From the NCBI GenBank assembly GCA_965243255.1, contig CBDEUH010000004.1:766979-830978 (forward strand): 64,000 nt of DNA, read 5' to 3'. The notes under the pieces are model-generated. The model was not told the origin of the DNA and did not search any database. It saw only the letters and a program-made list of their open reading frames with translations. Position numbers and translations under genes: made by a program. Of the stretch, positions 36,158 through 44,575 are shown in pieces; the stretch's first letter is position 1; each line of letters begins with the position of its first letter. This DNA is from Dehalococcoidia bacterium (GTDB lineage Bacteria; Chloroflexota; Dehalococcoidia; Lucifugimonadales; UBA3495).

Positions 36158-36988
36158 ATGACACTGCTACCGGTTGGACGGCCGCGATTGCAAGACAAGG
36201 TCGCCATCATCACCGGAGCCGGATCAAGCGGGCCGGGGATGGGCACGGGCAAAGCGGCGTCCATACTGTTCGCCCACGAAGGCGCCAAGGTGTTGCTGGT
36301 GGACCGGAATCCCCAGGCCGCCGAAGAAACGCTGGCCGCCATCCACGAGCAGGGCGGCGAAGGCTCGGTAATCGCCGCCGACGTAACCTCCGCCGAGGAC
36401 TGCCAGGCTATCGTGGACGCCGCGCTGGAACGCTACGGCGGGCTGCACATCCTGTTCAACAATGTGGGCATCACCGGGCCCGGCACGCCCACCGACGTTG
36501 AGGAAAGCGTGTGGGACAACGTGCTGGACGTGAACCTGAAGAGCATGATGCTCACCACCAAATACGCCGTGCCCAAAATGATTGATGCCGGCGGGGGCAG
36601 CATCATCAACATGTCGTCCATCGCTGGCGTGCGGGCCGGGAGCGGGCTGGCCAGCATTCCTTACTCTGCCTCGAAGTCCGGCGTCATCGGCATGTCGGAG
36701 ACGATGGCGGTGCATCTGGGACGGGACAACATCCGGGTGAACGTGATCGCCCCCGGGCACATCTACACGCCGATGGTGGCCGGGATGATGCCGGATAGGA
36801 CCCGGGAACTGCGTCGAAAGGCGGGCCCGTTGGGAACCGAAGGGAGCGCCTGGGACATTGCCTACGCCGCGCTCTTTTTGGCCAGCGACGAGGCGCGATG
36901 GGTATCCGGCGTCGTGCTTCCGGTGGATGCCGGGTTGCTGGCGGCCACGCCCCTGGCGGTGTATCAGAAAATCCGGGAAGGGGATTAG
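36158..36988 (+). CDS. SDR-family oxidoreductase
   Basis: Track ORF. TGAGSSGPGMG cofactor motif, NNVG, and the catalytic YSASK. Confidence 0.9.
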   Translation: MTLLPVGRPRLQDKVAIITGAGSSGPGMGTGKAASILFAHEGAKVLLVDRNPQAAEETLAAIHEQGGEGSVIAADVTSAEDCQAIVDAALERYGGLHILFNNVGITGPGTPTDVEESVWDNVLDVNLKSMMLTTKYAVPKMIDAGGGSIINMSSIAGVRAGSGLASIPYSASKSGVIGMSETMAVHLGRDNIRVNVIAPGHIYTPMVAGMMPDRTRELRRKAGPLGTEGSAWDIAYAALFLASDEARWVSGVVLPVDAGLLAATPLAVYQKIREGD

Positions 36989-36993
36989 GCCGG

Positions 36994-37320
36994 CTACTCC
37001 GCTTCGATTGCGGGCCCCACCAGCACGTCGTCGCCATCGATGCGAACGGCGAATTTGCGCAGCGCCTCGGTAGCGGGAGGGGTGACCGGGTTCCCGGTGA
37101 CCACGTCGAAAACTGCCCCGTGCAGCGGGCAAACCACCTCGCTCTCTTCCAGGTCGCCCTCGGAAAGGTTGGCGTAAGCGTGGGTGCAGATGTCGTCGCA
37201 GGCGTGCATCTCCCCGTCCAGGTTCACCAGCAGAATCTCTTCGGACCCAACCCTCACCGAAAGCATATCGCCGGGTGGGATCTCGCTGAGTGAGGCAATC
37301 TTCACGAATTCGTCGGCCAT
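36994..37320 (-). CDS. Rieske [2Fe-2S] ferredoxin-like protein
   Basis: Track ORF 36994..37428, trimmed to the ATG at 37320 with AAGGAGGG upstream. CTH...CPLHG Rieske ligand motifs. Confidence 0.85.
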   Translation of the reverse strand: MADEFVKIASLSEIPPGDMLSVRVGSEEILLVNLDGEMHACDDICTHAYANLSEGDLEESEVVCPLHGAVFDVVTGNPVTPPATEALRKFAVRIDGDDVLVGPAIEAE

Positions 37321-37463
37321 AGGGATGTCCCTCCTTGAAAGTTCCGTTGCTGAAATGGAACGGGCCGACTTGCCAGCCACCCGTTTCGTCGATGCCAATA
37401 AAATTGCGGCGCGGCTATTATATGACAAATCGCCGACTGCGCGCAGCGCGCAACGCCATTCCC

Positions 37464-37493
37464 TTGACCCTTCGTTAGGGCGTTGCCTATAAT
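37464..37493 (+). promoter_or_regulatory. sigma70-like promoter upstream of pheS
   Basis: TTGACC (37464..37469), 18-nt spacer, consensus TATAAT (37488..37493). This leaves only about 12 nt of leader before the first possible pheS start. Confidence 0.45.
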
Positions 37494-37511
37494 TTTACAT
37501 CCTCGATTCTA

Positions 37512-38588
37512 TTGCAGCGCATTATCGTGTCCCAAGTGTTGACCGAACCGCCGTCCGCCCAATCAATCTCAGAACTGGCCAGCCGGGCGCTGGCCGAACT
37601 GGACGCAGTTCCCGATGCGGACGGCGCCGAGGAATGGCGCGTGGCCTGGCTGGGCCGGCGCGGGCGGATCACGGGCATCCTCCGCTCCATACCCGAGCTG
37701 GAGCCGGAGCTGCGGCGTCCAGTCGGCATAGCGGCCAATCAGGCCAGGAACCTCCTGGATGAGGCTTTGTCCAGTCGCATTCGTGAACTGGCCGAGGCCG
37801 AACTGGCGGCGCGCGGTGGGCTGGACGTAACCCTGCCTGGCCGTCCCGTGGTTACTGGGCGGCTGCATCCGACCACGCAAATCGTGCGCGAGGTCTGCCA
37901 GGCCTTCATGGCGATGGGTTTCAGCGTCGTGGAGGGGCCGGAAGTGGAGCTGGACCACTATAACTTCGAGATGCTGAACATTCCGGCCGGGCACCCGGCT
38001 CGGGATATGTGGAACTCGCTGTGGGTGGACTACGTGAACGAGGACGGCCAGCAGCCGATGCTGCTGCGGACTCACACTTCGCCGATGCAGGCTCGCGTTA
38101 TGGAAAGCCAGGAGCCGCCGGTGCGGGTGGTAGTGCCGGGGAAGTGCTATCGCTACGAGGCCACCGACGCTACCCACGAATGGCACTTCTACCAGATTGA
38201 GGGGCTGGCCGTAGCCGAGGGCATCACCTTCGCTGACCTGAAAGGAACGCTGTACGAATTTGCCAGGCGGGTGTTCGGCGCAGACCGCCAGATTCGCTTC
38301 CGTTGCGACTACTTCCCCTTCGTTGAGCCGGGCGTGGATATGTCGATTTCCAACTTCGTGGACCCGGCCACCGTGCGGCGTCCCATCAACCGTGATGAGG
38401 ATTGGATTGAAATTATGGGCGCCGGCATGGTGCATCCGCGGGTGCTGGAAGGGGTTGGCTACGACCCGCAGCGTTACACCGGGTTTGCTTTTGGCATGGG
38501 GCCGGAGCGCATCGGGATGCTGAAATACGGCATTGACGACATCCGCCACTTCTACCGGAACGACGTGAGGTTCCTGCGGCAGTTCTGA
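37512..38588 (+). CDS. pheS: phenylalanine--tRNA ligase alpha subunit
   Basis: Track ORF. Class II motifs (HPARDMW, LLRTHTSPMQ, FRCDYFPFVEPG, GAGMVHP). The exact start is uncertain (TTG 37512, or GTG 37527/37536), with no SD. Confidence 0.9.
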   Translation: MQRIIVSQVLTEPPSAQSISELASRALAELDAVPDADGAEEWRVAWLGRRGRITGILRSIPELEPELRRPVGIAANQARNLLDEALSSRIRELAEAELAARGGLDVTLPGRPVVTGRLHPTTQIVREVCQAFMAMGFSVVEGPEVELDHYNFEMLNIPAGHPARDMWNSLWVDYVNEDGQQPMLLRTHTSPMQARVMESQEPPVRVVVPGKCYRYEATDATHEWHFYQIEGLAVAEGITFADLKGTLYEFARRVFGADRQIRFRCDYFPFVEPGVDMSISNFVDPATVRRPINRDEDWIEIMGAGMVHPRVLEGVGYDPQRYTGFAFGMGPERIGMLKYGIDDIRHFYRNDVRFLRQF

Positions 38589-38622
38589 CTGGCGGGCGGC
38601 TCACCCGATACCAAAGACTGAT

Positions 38623-41043
38623 ATGCTCATCCCCTTCTCCTGGCTCTCTCAGTACGTTGACATTACTCTGCCGCCGGATGAGTTGGCCCACCGGCTGACC
38701 ATGGGCGGCATTGAAGTGGGCGACGTTATCACTCGCGGCGGCTGGGATGGATGCGTGGTTGGCTACGTCCGAGCCACGCGACCGCATCCCAATGCGGATA
38801 CGTTGACCCTGTGCGAAGTTGATCCCGGCGACGGGCCGCCTCTGGAAGTGGTTTGCGGCGCGCCTAACGTGGCCGCCGGACAGAAAATCTGCTTTGCGCG
38901 GCCGGGCGTAACGCTGCTCAATATGCACACCGGACGGCGCGAAGAACTCAAGCCGGCCAGCATCCGCGGCGTGGTGTCGGAGGGGATGATTTGCTCCGAA
39001 GCTGAGTTGGAGATCAGCGACGAGCATGAGGGCATCATCGTGCTGCCCGACGACGCCGTGGTTGGCGCTCCCCTGCACGACGTGCTGGGGGATACGTTCC
39101 TGGAGTTGGAGTTGACGCCCAACCGGGGCGATTGCCTGTCAATGCTGGGCGTGGCGCGGGAGATCGGCGCGTTGACCGGCCAGCAGGTGCGGGTGCCGGA
39201 CGTGTCCTATGCGGAATCCGAAACGCCCGCATCGGAACTGGCGCGGGTAACCATCGCCGACCCGGAACTTTGCCTGCGGTACACGGCGTCGGTAGTTACG
39301 GGCATCAGCATCGGCCCGTCGCCGGAGTGGTTGCAGGATAGACTGACACGGGCCGGCCTGCGTCCGATCAACAACGTGGTGGACGTAACCAACTACGTCA
39401 TGCTGGAGTACAACCAGCCGCTGCACGCCTTTGACCTGGACACCGTAACCGACCGGCACGTGGTAGTTCGGCGGGCCGCCGATGGTGAAAAGTTCACCAC
39501 TCTGGACGGAGTGGAACGGACGCTGACCTCTGATAACCTGCTAATTGCCGACCCGGCGCAGGCCATCGGCATCGGCGGCGTGATGGGCGGCGCCAACAGC
39601 GAAATCACGCCCTCCACTACCAATATGCTGCTGGAGTCGGCCACGTTCCACGACCTGAACAACCGGCGCACGGCTACGGAGCTGAACCTGCGGACGGAGG
39701 CCAGCCAGCGTTTTGAGAAGGGTTTGCGCCCGGAGCTGGCGCCCATTGCCCTGCGTCGGGCGACCCAGTTGATTCTGGAAACGGCCGGCGGAGAAGCTGC
39801 CGCTGGCATCATCGACGTGTTTCCCGCCGGGGATGAGCCCGTTGCGTCCGTGGCCTTGACGGTACAACGGCTGCGGCAGGTGCTGGGGATGGACCTGGAC
39901 ATTGGCCGGGCGGAATCGGTGCTAAACAGTCTGGGCTTCCGCACCCGGCGCACCGGGCCGGACAGCCTGGATGCCGAGCCGCCCTACTGGCGCAGCGACA
40001 TTGCGATTGAAGAAGACCTGATTGAGGAAGTAATCCGCATCATCGGGTACGACGAAGTGCCTACTACGATGCTGTCGTCGCCGATTCCCTATCACCGGGG
40101 CGACGCGATGACGACACTGAAGGACAACCTGCGCGACGCCTTGGCCGCCGCCGGAATGCAGGAAACCATCAGCTACCCACTGATCGCCCCCGATGAACTG
40201 GCGAAGCTGGGCAACGGCGCTGCCGACTACCAACAGCTATTGCGCGTCGCCAATCCCATGTCCGCCGAACAGGACGTGCTGCGGCCCACGCTGGCGGCCA
40301 GCATTCTCAACACGCTGGCCTACAACCGGGGACACAACGACGGCGGCTTTAGACTGTTTGAGTTGGGGCGGGCGTTCATTCCACAGAAGGACGGGCTGCC
40401 ACGGGAGCGGGAATTGGCTGCCGGCGTGATGTGCGGCCCCCGCCATGAGGCCAACTGGCTCAACGACGCTGAACCGCTGGACTTCTTCGACCTGTCGGGG
40501 ACGCTGACAACCGCCATGAACCGCATCGGCGTTGCCGTATCGTTCGAGAGTCAGGACAATCCGTTGTTTCATCCAGGACGGGCCGCCGGAATTTCCATCG
40601 CGGGCAACGTGGACATCGGCGTGATTGGCGAAATACATCCCGACATTGCCGCCGCGTTTGATCTGGACGCTGAGCCGGTCATCTACTTCGAGCTGCGCCT
40701 GGACGACCTGCTGGCTGCGCAGCTGGATAATGAACTAGCAGCGAACCGTTTCCAATCTCTTTCCCGATTCCCGGCCGCCAACCGGGACCTGGCGCTGGTG
40801 GTGCCAGCGGAAACGCCAGCCAACCAGGTACAGCGATTGATTGAACGGGTCCGCCTGGTGGAACGAGCCGAACTGTTCGACGTGTATTCCGGCGAAAACG
40901 TGCCGGAGGGCACGCGCTCGCTGGCTTTTCGCATCCGGTTCCGCGCCACCGACCGCACGCTGACTGCCGAAGAGGTGAACCGGGCCATCGACGGCCTCAC
41001 GCGAGCCTTGGAACGGGAAATAGGGGCCACGGTGCGGGGCTGA
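38623..41043 (+). CDS. pheT: phenylalanine--tRNA ligase beta subunit
   Basis: Track ORF, 806 aa. tRNA-binding OB domain, B3/4, B5 and FDX-ACB order recognisable. Confidence 0.95.
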   Translation: MLIPFSWLSQYVDITLPPDELAHRLTMGGIEVGDVITRGGWDGCVVGYVRATRPHPNADTLTLCEVDPGDGPPLEVVCGAPNVAAGQKICFARPGVTLLNMHTGRREELKPASIRGVVSEGMICSEAELEISDEHEGIIVLPDDAVVGAPLHDVLGDTFLELELTPNRGDCLSMLGVAREIGALTGQQVRVPDVSYAESETPASELARVTIADPELCLRYTASVVTGISIGPSPEWLQDRLTRAGLRPINNVVDVTNYVMLEYNQPLHAFDLDTVTDRHVVVRRAADGEKFTTLDGVERTLTSDNLLIADPAQAIGIGGVMGGANSEITPSTTNMLLESATFHDLNNRRTATELNLRTEASQRFEKGLRPELAPIALRRATQLILETAGGEAAAGIIDVFPAGDEPVASVALTVQRLRQVLGMDLDIGRAESVLNSLGFRTRRTGPDSLDAEPPYWRSDIAIEEDLIEEVIRIIGYDEVPTTMLSSPIPYHRGDAMTTLKDNLRDALAAAGMQETISYPLIAPDELAKLGNGAADYQQLLRVANPMSAEQDVLRPTLAASILNTLAYNRGHNDGGFRLFELGRAFIPQKDGLPRERELAAGVMCGPRHEANWLNDAEPLDFFDLSGTLTTAMNRIGVAVSFESQDNPLFHPGRAAGISIAGNVDIGVIGEIHPDIAAAFDLDAEPVIYFELRLDDLLAAQLDNELAANRFQSLSRFPAANRDLALVVPAETPANQVQRLIERVRLVERAELFDVYSGENVPEGTRSLAFRIRFRATDRTLTAEEVNRAIDGLTRALEREIGATVRG

Positions 41044-41108
41044 ACCCCGCGAGACTATGGTAGGATGTTAAGTCCTCCGCGACGCAATCCTGTCTAGATG
41101 GTAACGTT

Positions 41109-42518
41109 ATGACTACTCACCAGCATCAGCGCAACCTGCACGCTCACGACGCGCACGGCGACGGAGACCACGAGAGCATCCACGACCATGGCCACGGTCA
41201 TGGCAGCCGACATCACGACGGACACCGTGGCCATGACAACGGGCATGGGCACGAGGATATGCTGGAAGTGGAGGAGGCGTTCTCGCGCATCATCGCTCAT
41301 TTCGCCCCCCTGGACGCCGTTGAATTGCCGGCGCTGGAATGCCTTGGCCTGGCGCTGGCCGAGGATATTACGTCGCCGCTGGACCTGCCGCCCCTGGCTA
41401 ACTCGGCCATGGATGGCTATGCCGTCCTGCATGCCGACATCGCCGGCGCTGACGATGCTGCGCCTACCCTGTCCGTCATCTCCGCAGTAGCCGCCGGGCA
41501 GGTGTCCAGCGACACCGTAACTCCTGGCAACGCCATTCGGATTATGACCGGCGCCCCCGTTCCCGACGGCGCTGACACCGTGGTGCCGTTCGAGGAAACG
41601 GATGAGATTGACCGCCGGCGCAGCGGGCGGCCGCTGGATGAAATCGAAATACGCAAGACACTGCCCCTGGGCAGCAACGTGCGACCAGCCGGTGAGGACG
41701 TGTCTGCGGGTGAGTTGGTGCTGCCGGCTGGCACGGTGATCCGGCCCGCCGAGACCGGAGTCATGGCTTCCCTTGGGCTGACCAGCGCTCGGGTTATCCG
41801 CCGCCCGGTGGTGGCGGTGCTTTCCACAGGAGACGAGCTGGCGTCGGCCGGCGAAAGGCTAAAGCCGGGGCATATCTACGACAGCAACAGCAGCAGCGTC
41901 GCCGCCGGGGTTATCGCCGCGGGCGGTACGCCACGCCTGATTGGCATTGCCCGGGATACGCTGGAAGACCTGCACCGCTGCATCGACGAAGCCTCTGATG
42001 CCGACCTGCTGGTAACGTCGGCCGGCGTTTCCAAAGGCGATTACGACATGGTCAAGGACGTGCTGGAACAGCGTGGAGACATGAACTTCTGGTCGGTGCG
42101 GATGCGCCCGGCCAAGCCCCTGGCCTTCGGGTTGTTGCGTCGGCCGGATGGCAGTTCCCTGCCGCTGTTGGGACTGCCGGGCAACCCGGTGAGCGCGTTG
42201 CTGGCTTTCGAGATGTTCGGCCGGCCGGCCATCCGTCGGATGCTGGGGCGCGAGTTATTGGCCCGTCCGGAAGTTGAAGGGGTGCTGACCGGCCCGATAT
42301 TCAACAGCGACGGTCGTCGCGTTTATGCCCGCGTTGAAGTGGAACGACGTGACGGCGCCTGGTTCGCCACGCCCACCGGGCCGCAGGGCTCAAACATCCT
42401 GACCTCCCTCTCCCGGGCCAACGGACTGGCCGTCTGCCCGGCCGACCTGCCGCGCAAGGAAGCGGGACAGGCCGTGAAAATCATCATGCTGGACTGGAAC
42501 GAAGAGGTTGCCCAATGA
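41109..42518 (+). CDS. moeA: molybdopterin molybdotransferase MoeA with a 50-aa His-rich N-terminal extension
   Basis: Track ORF. The MoeA core starts at MLEVEEAFSRI...NSAMDGYAV. The N-terminus has 16 His in the first 50 residues (HGHGHG, HDHGH). The alternative start is the ATG at 41259. Confidence 0.85.
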   Translation: MTTHQHQRNLHAHDAHGDGDHESIHDHGHGHGSRHHDGHRGHDNGHGHEDMLEVEEAFSRIIAHFAPLDAVELPALECLGLALAEDITSPLDLPPLANSAMDGYAVLHADIAGADDAAPTLSVISAVAAGQVSSDTVTPGNAIRIMTGAPVPDGADTVVPFEETDEIDRRRSGRPLDEIEIRKTLPLGSNVRPAGEDVSAGELVLPAGTVIRPAETGVMASLGLTSARVIRRPVVAVLSTGDELASAGERLKPGHIYDSNSSSVAAGVIAAGGTPRLIGIARDTLEDLHRCIDEASDADLLVTSAGVSKGDYDMVKDVLEQRGDMNFWSVRMRPAKPLAFGLLRRPDGSSLPLLGLPGNPVSALLAFEMFGRPAIRRMLGRELLARPEVEGVLTGPIFNSDGRRVYARVEVERRDGAWFATPTGPQGSNILTSLSRANGLAVCPADLPRKEAGQAVKIIMLDWNEEVAQ

Positions 42519-43111
42519 CCACAGTTGCCGCCAACACTCGCCTGGAAAGTTTGGAATATCGCTTCAGCCTGGAGCGCCTGGCTGAACTGAGCCGCTCTCC
42601 AGTGCCTCTGCTTCTGGCGCGCCTCAACACCGCCTGCCCTTCCTATGGGAAAACCCCCGCTGACATCGACAGCCCCAGTAAACTGAACGCCGAAATCCGC
42701 GCCCACTGTGCAGATGATCCCGACTTCATCCGGCAGTCGATGCCGTTGCAGGAGATCGTGTTCCGCACCTTGCTTCTGGCCGACGACCAGACCATGACGC
42801 TGGGGGCAATTCACAACGACCTGAGCGAGCGGTGGTCATCCCCCATCCGTCCCATCACCGTTACGGTGGCCGGCCTGTCCAAGATTCTGGACAACGACGT
42901 ATTCTATGGATTTGAGATGATTCCAGCGCCGGAACCCGAGGTCCTGGAACCAGACTTGCCGATGTTGTCCGCAGCAGAGGGCGATGCAGCCAGCGCTTTG
43001 GCTGACGCAGCCGATTTCATCGACATGGACGAGGAGGACGAGGACGACGAAGACCTGTACGAAGATGACCCCTACGAAGAGGATGACGATGAGGACGGGG
43101 ACGAAGCATAG
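42515..43111 (+). CDS. hypothetical protein with poly-acidic C-terminal tail
   Basis: Track ORF. The start overlaps the moeA stop (ATGA). The last roughly 30 residues are almost entirely Asp/Glu (DMDEEDEDDEDLYEDDPYEEDDDEDGDEA). Confidence 0.6.
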   Translation: MTTVAANTRLESLEYRFSLERLAELSRSPVPLLLARLNTACPSYGKTPADIDSPSKLNAEIRAHCADDPDFIRQSMPLQEIVFRTLLLADDQTMTLGAIHNDLSERWSSPIRPITVTVAGLSKILDNDVFYGFEMIPAPEPEVLEPDLPMLSAAEGDAASALADAADFIDMDEEDEDDEDLYEDDPYEEDDDEDGDEA

Positions 43112-43175
43112 CCTTCCCTGCCCCGCCCATCGGCATATTCACGAATAACTAATATCGCAATTGTGCGGTACGCCG

Positions 43176-43204
43176 TTGACTGAGTGTTGACCCGACGCTA
43201 AAAT
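43176..43204 (+). promoter_or_regulatory. sigma70-like promoter of the infC-rpmI-rplT operon
   Basis: TTGACT (43176..43181), 17-nt spacer, TAAAAT (43199..43204). The roughly 73-nt leader contains hairpins (CAGCCC..GGGCTG; GCTGGC-AA-GCCAGC). Confidence 0.5.
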
Positions 43205-43283
43205 AGGCGAGTAGTCAGCCCCTTTCGGGAATTCGAAGGGCTGGCAAGCCAGCGTTCAGGTTCAATCAAATGGAGGTGGCACC

Positions 43284-43853
43284 ATCGCCAGGCAATACAG
43301 GGTCAACGAACAGATACGCGTTCCGCAAGTGCGGGTAATCGGAGAAGATGGCGAGCAGCTTGGCGTAATGACGGTGTCAGACGCGCTCTCCAGGGCGCGT
43401 ATGCACGACCTTGACCTGGTGGAGGTGGCGCCCAACGCCGACCCTCCCGTCGCCCGCCTGCTGGATTACGGTAAGCTCCGCTACCTGTCGTCCAAGAAGG
43501 AACGCGAGACCCGCAAATCCCAGAAGAGCAACGAACTGAAGGAAGTGCGCTTCCGGCCCAACATCGGCACGCACGACTTCGACGCCAAGATGCGCAAGGT
43601 CAAGCAGTTCATCGGAAACGGCGACAAGGTGAAACTTACGGTGCGGTTCCGGGGGCGCGAGGCCGTCCACCAGCAAAATGGACTGTCCCTGCTGAAGAAA
43701 GTCGCCGAGGAGATGAAGGACGATATTCGCCTGGAGCAGCAGCCATCAATGGAAGGGCGCGCCATGTCCATGGTGCTCATCCCCAGCCCGGCGATTGCCG
43801 CTCGGCAGGAACGCAACGACAGCAACTCAACCGCTACGGCGGAATCGGAATAG
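43284..43853 (+). CDS. infC: translation initiation factor IF-3, probable non-canonical ATC start
   Basis: Track ORF 43329..43853 begins inside the conserved N-terminus. In-frame upstream sequence reads I-ARQYRVNEQIRVPQVRVIGEDGEQLGV. GGAGGTG lies 5 nt before the ATC at 43284. There is no ATG/GTG/TTG between the in-frame stop at 43212 and 43329. Confidence 0.8.
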   Translation: MARQYRVNEQIRVPQVRVIGEDGEQLGVMTVSDALSRARMHDLDLVEVAPNADPPVARLLDYGKLRYLSSKKERETRKSQKSNELKEVRFRPNIGTHDFDAKMRKVKQFIGNGDKVKLTVRFRGREAVHQQNGLSLLKKVAEEMKDDIRLEQQPSMEGRAMSMVLIPSPAIAARQERNDSNSTATAESE

Positions 43854-43859
43854 CGAGAA

Positions 43860-44060
43860 ATGCCCAAACTGAAAACCCACAAGGGCGCCAAAGCCCGCAT
43901 CCACATCACCGGCTCCGGCAAGCTCATGCGCCGCAAGCGCATGAGTAGTCATTTGCGTCGCAAGAAGCCCAAGAAGGTTACGCGCAAATACGCGCAGAAA
44001 ATGCCCTTCGACCAGGCCGACGTGAAACGGCTCAGCCGCTTGGTGCCTTACGACATCTAA
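43860..44060 (+). CDS. rpmI: 50S ribosomal protein L35
   Basis: Track ORF. MPKLKTHKGAKARIHITGSGK... Confidence 0.95.
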   Translation: MPKLKTHKGAKARIHITGSGKLMRRKRMSSHLRRKKPKKVTRKYAQKMPFDQADVKRLSRLVPYDI

Positions 44061-44111
44061 GCGGGGGCATCCCCTACCCAGTCAACCGCAAACTACGGAG
44101 TACCAACCACC

Positions 44112-44471
44112 GTGCCCAGAGTCAAACGGGGCGTGACCAAACGCGCTCGCCATAAGAAAGTCCTCAAAGCCGCCAAGGGCTACCGCGCCTCTTCCAGCCG
44201 CAATTACAAGTGGGCCAAAGAGGCGGTGATGCACGCCTGGAGCCATGCCTATCGACACCGTCGGGAGCGCAAGGGCGACTTCCGTCGGCTGTGGATTATC
44301 CGCATCGGAGCCGCCTGCCGGCAGCATGGAACCACGTACAGCCAATTCATGCACGGCCTCAAAGCCGCCGGTATTGAGATCGACCGCAAGATGCTGGCCG
44401 ACATGGCCGTCCGAGATCCGGACGCCTTTGAACGGCTGGTGGAGGTCGCGGGGGCAGCTGCCGCGAATTGA
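44112..44471 (+). CDS. rplT: 50S ribosomal protein L20
   Basis: Track ORF, GTG start. [24 protein letters not shown]... Confidence 0.95.
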   Translation: MPRVKRGVTKRARHKKVLKAAKGYRASSSRNYKWAKEAVMHAWSHAYRHRRERKGDFRRLWIIRIGAACRQHGTTYSQFMHGLKAAGIEIDRKMLADMAVRDPDAFERLVEVAGAAAAN

Positions 44472-44498
44472 GCGGCGCCCGTCACCGGAGAATCATAA

Positions 44499-44526
44499 TG
44501 TGGGGCGAATGATGGTTCGCCCCACA
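44499..44526. terminator. hairpin; copy 3 (variant) of the GGGGCGAA/TTCGCCCC element
   Basis: TGTGGGGCGAA (44499..44509), loop TGATGG, TTCGCCCCACA (44516..44526), between convergent rplT and the M20 peptidase gene. No clear T-run. Confidence 0.55.
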
Positions 44527-44575
44527 GGTCTGTTCGGTTAGTTTGCCACCAGGTACCAAGTTAGCAGGGACGGCG

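Noticed and set aside
37321-37511. Possible T-box or other leader RNA upstream of pheS
   Set aside because: Only about 190 nt are available and the Rieske gene's divergent promoter region shares them. A near-consensus promoter sits about 20 nt before the pheS start, leaving no room for a T-box. No specifier or T-box sequence is seen.
41094-41432. 112-aa minus-strand ORF over the moeA 5' region
   Set aside because: An antisense reading of the His-rich tract (it gives Val/Met/Ala repeats). The + strand frame continues seamlessly into MoeA.
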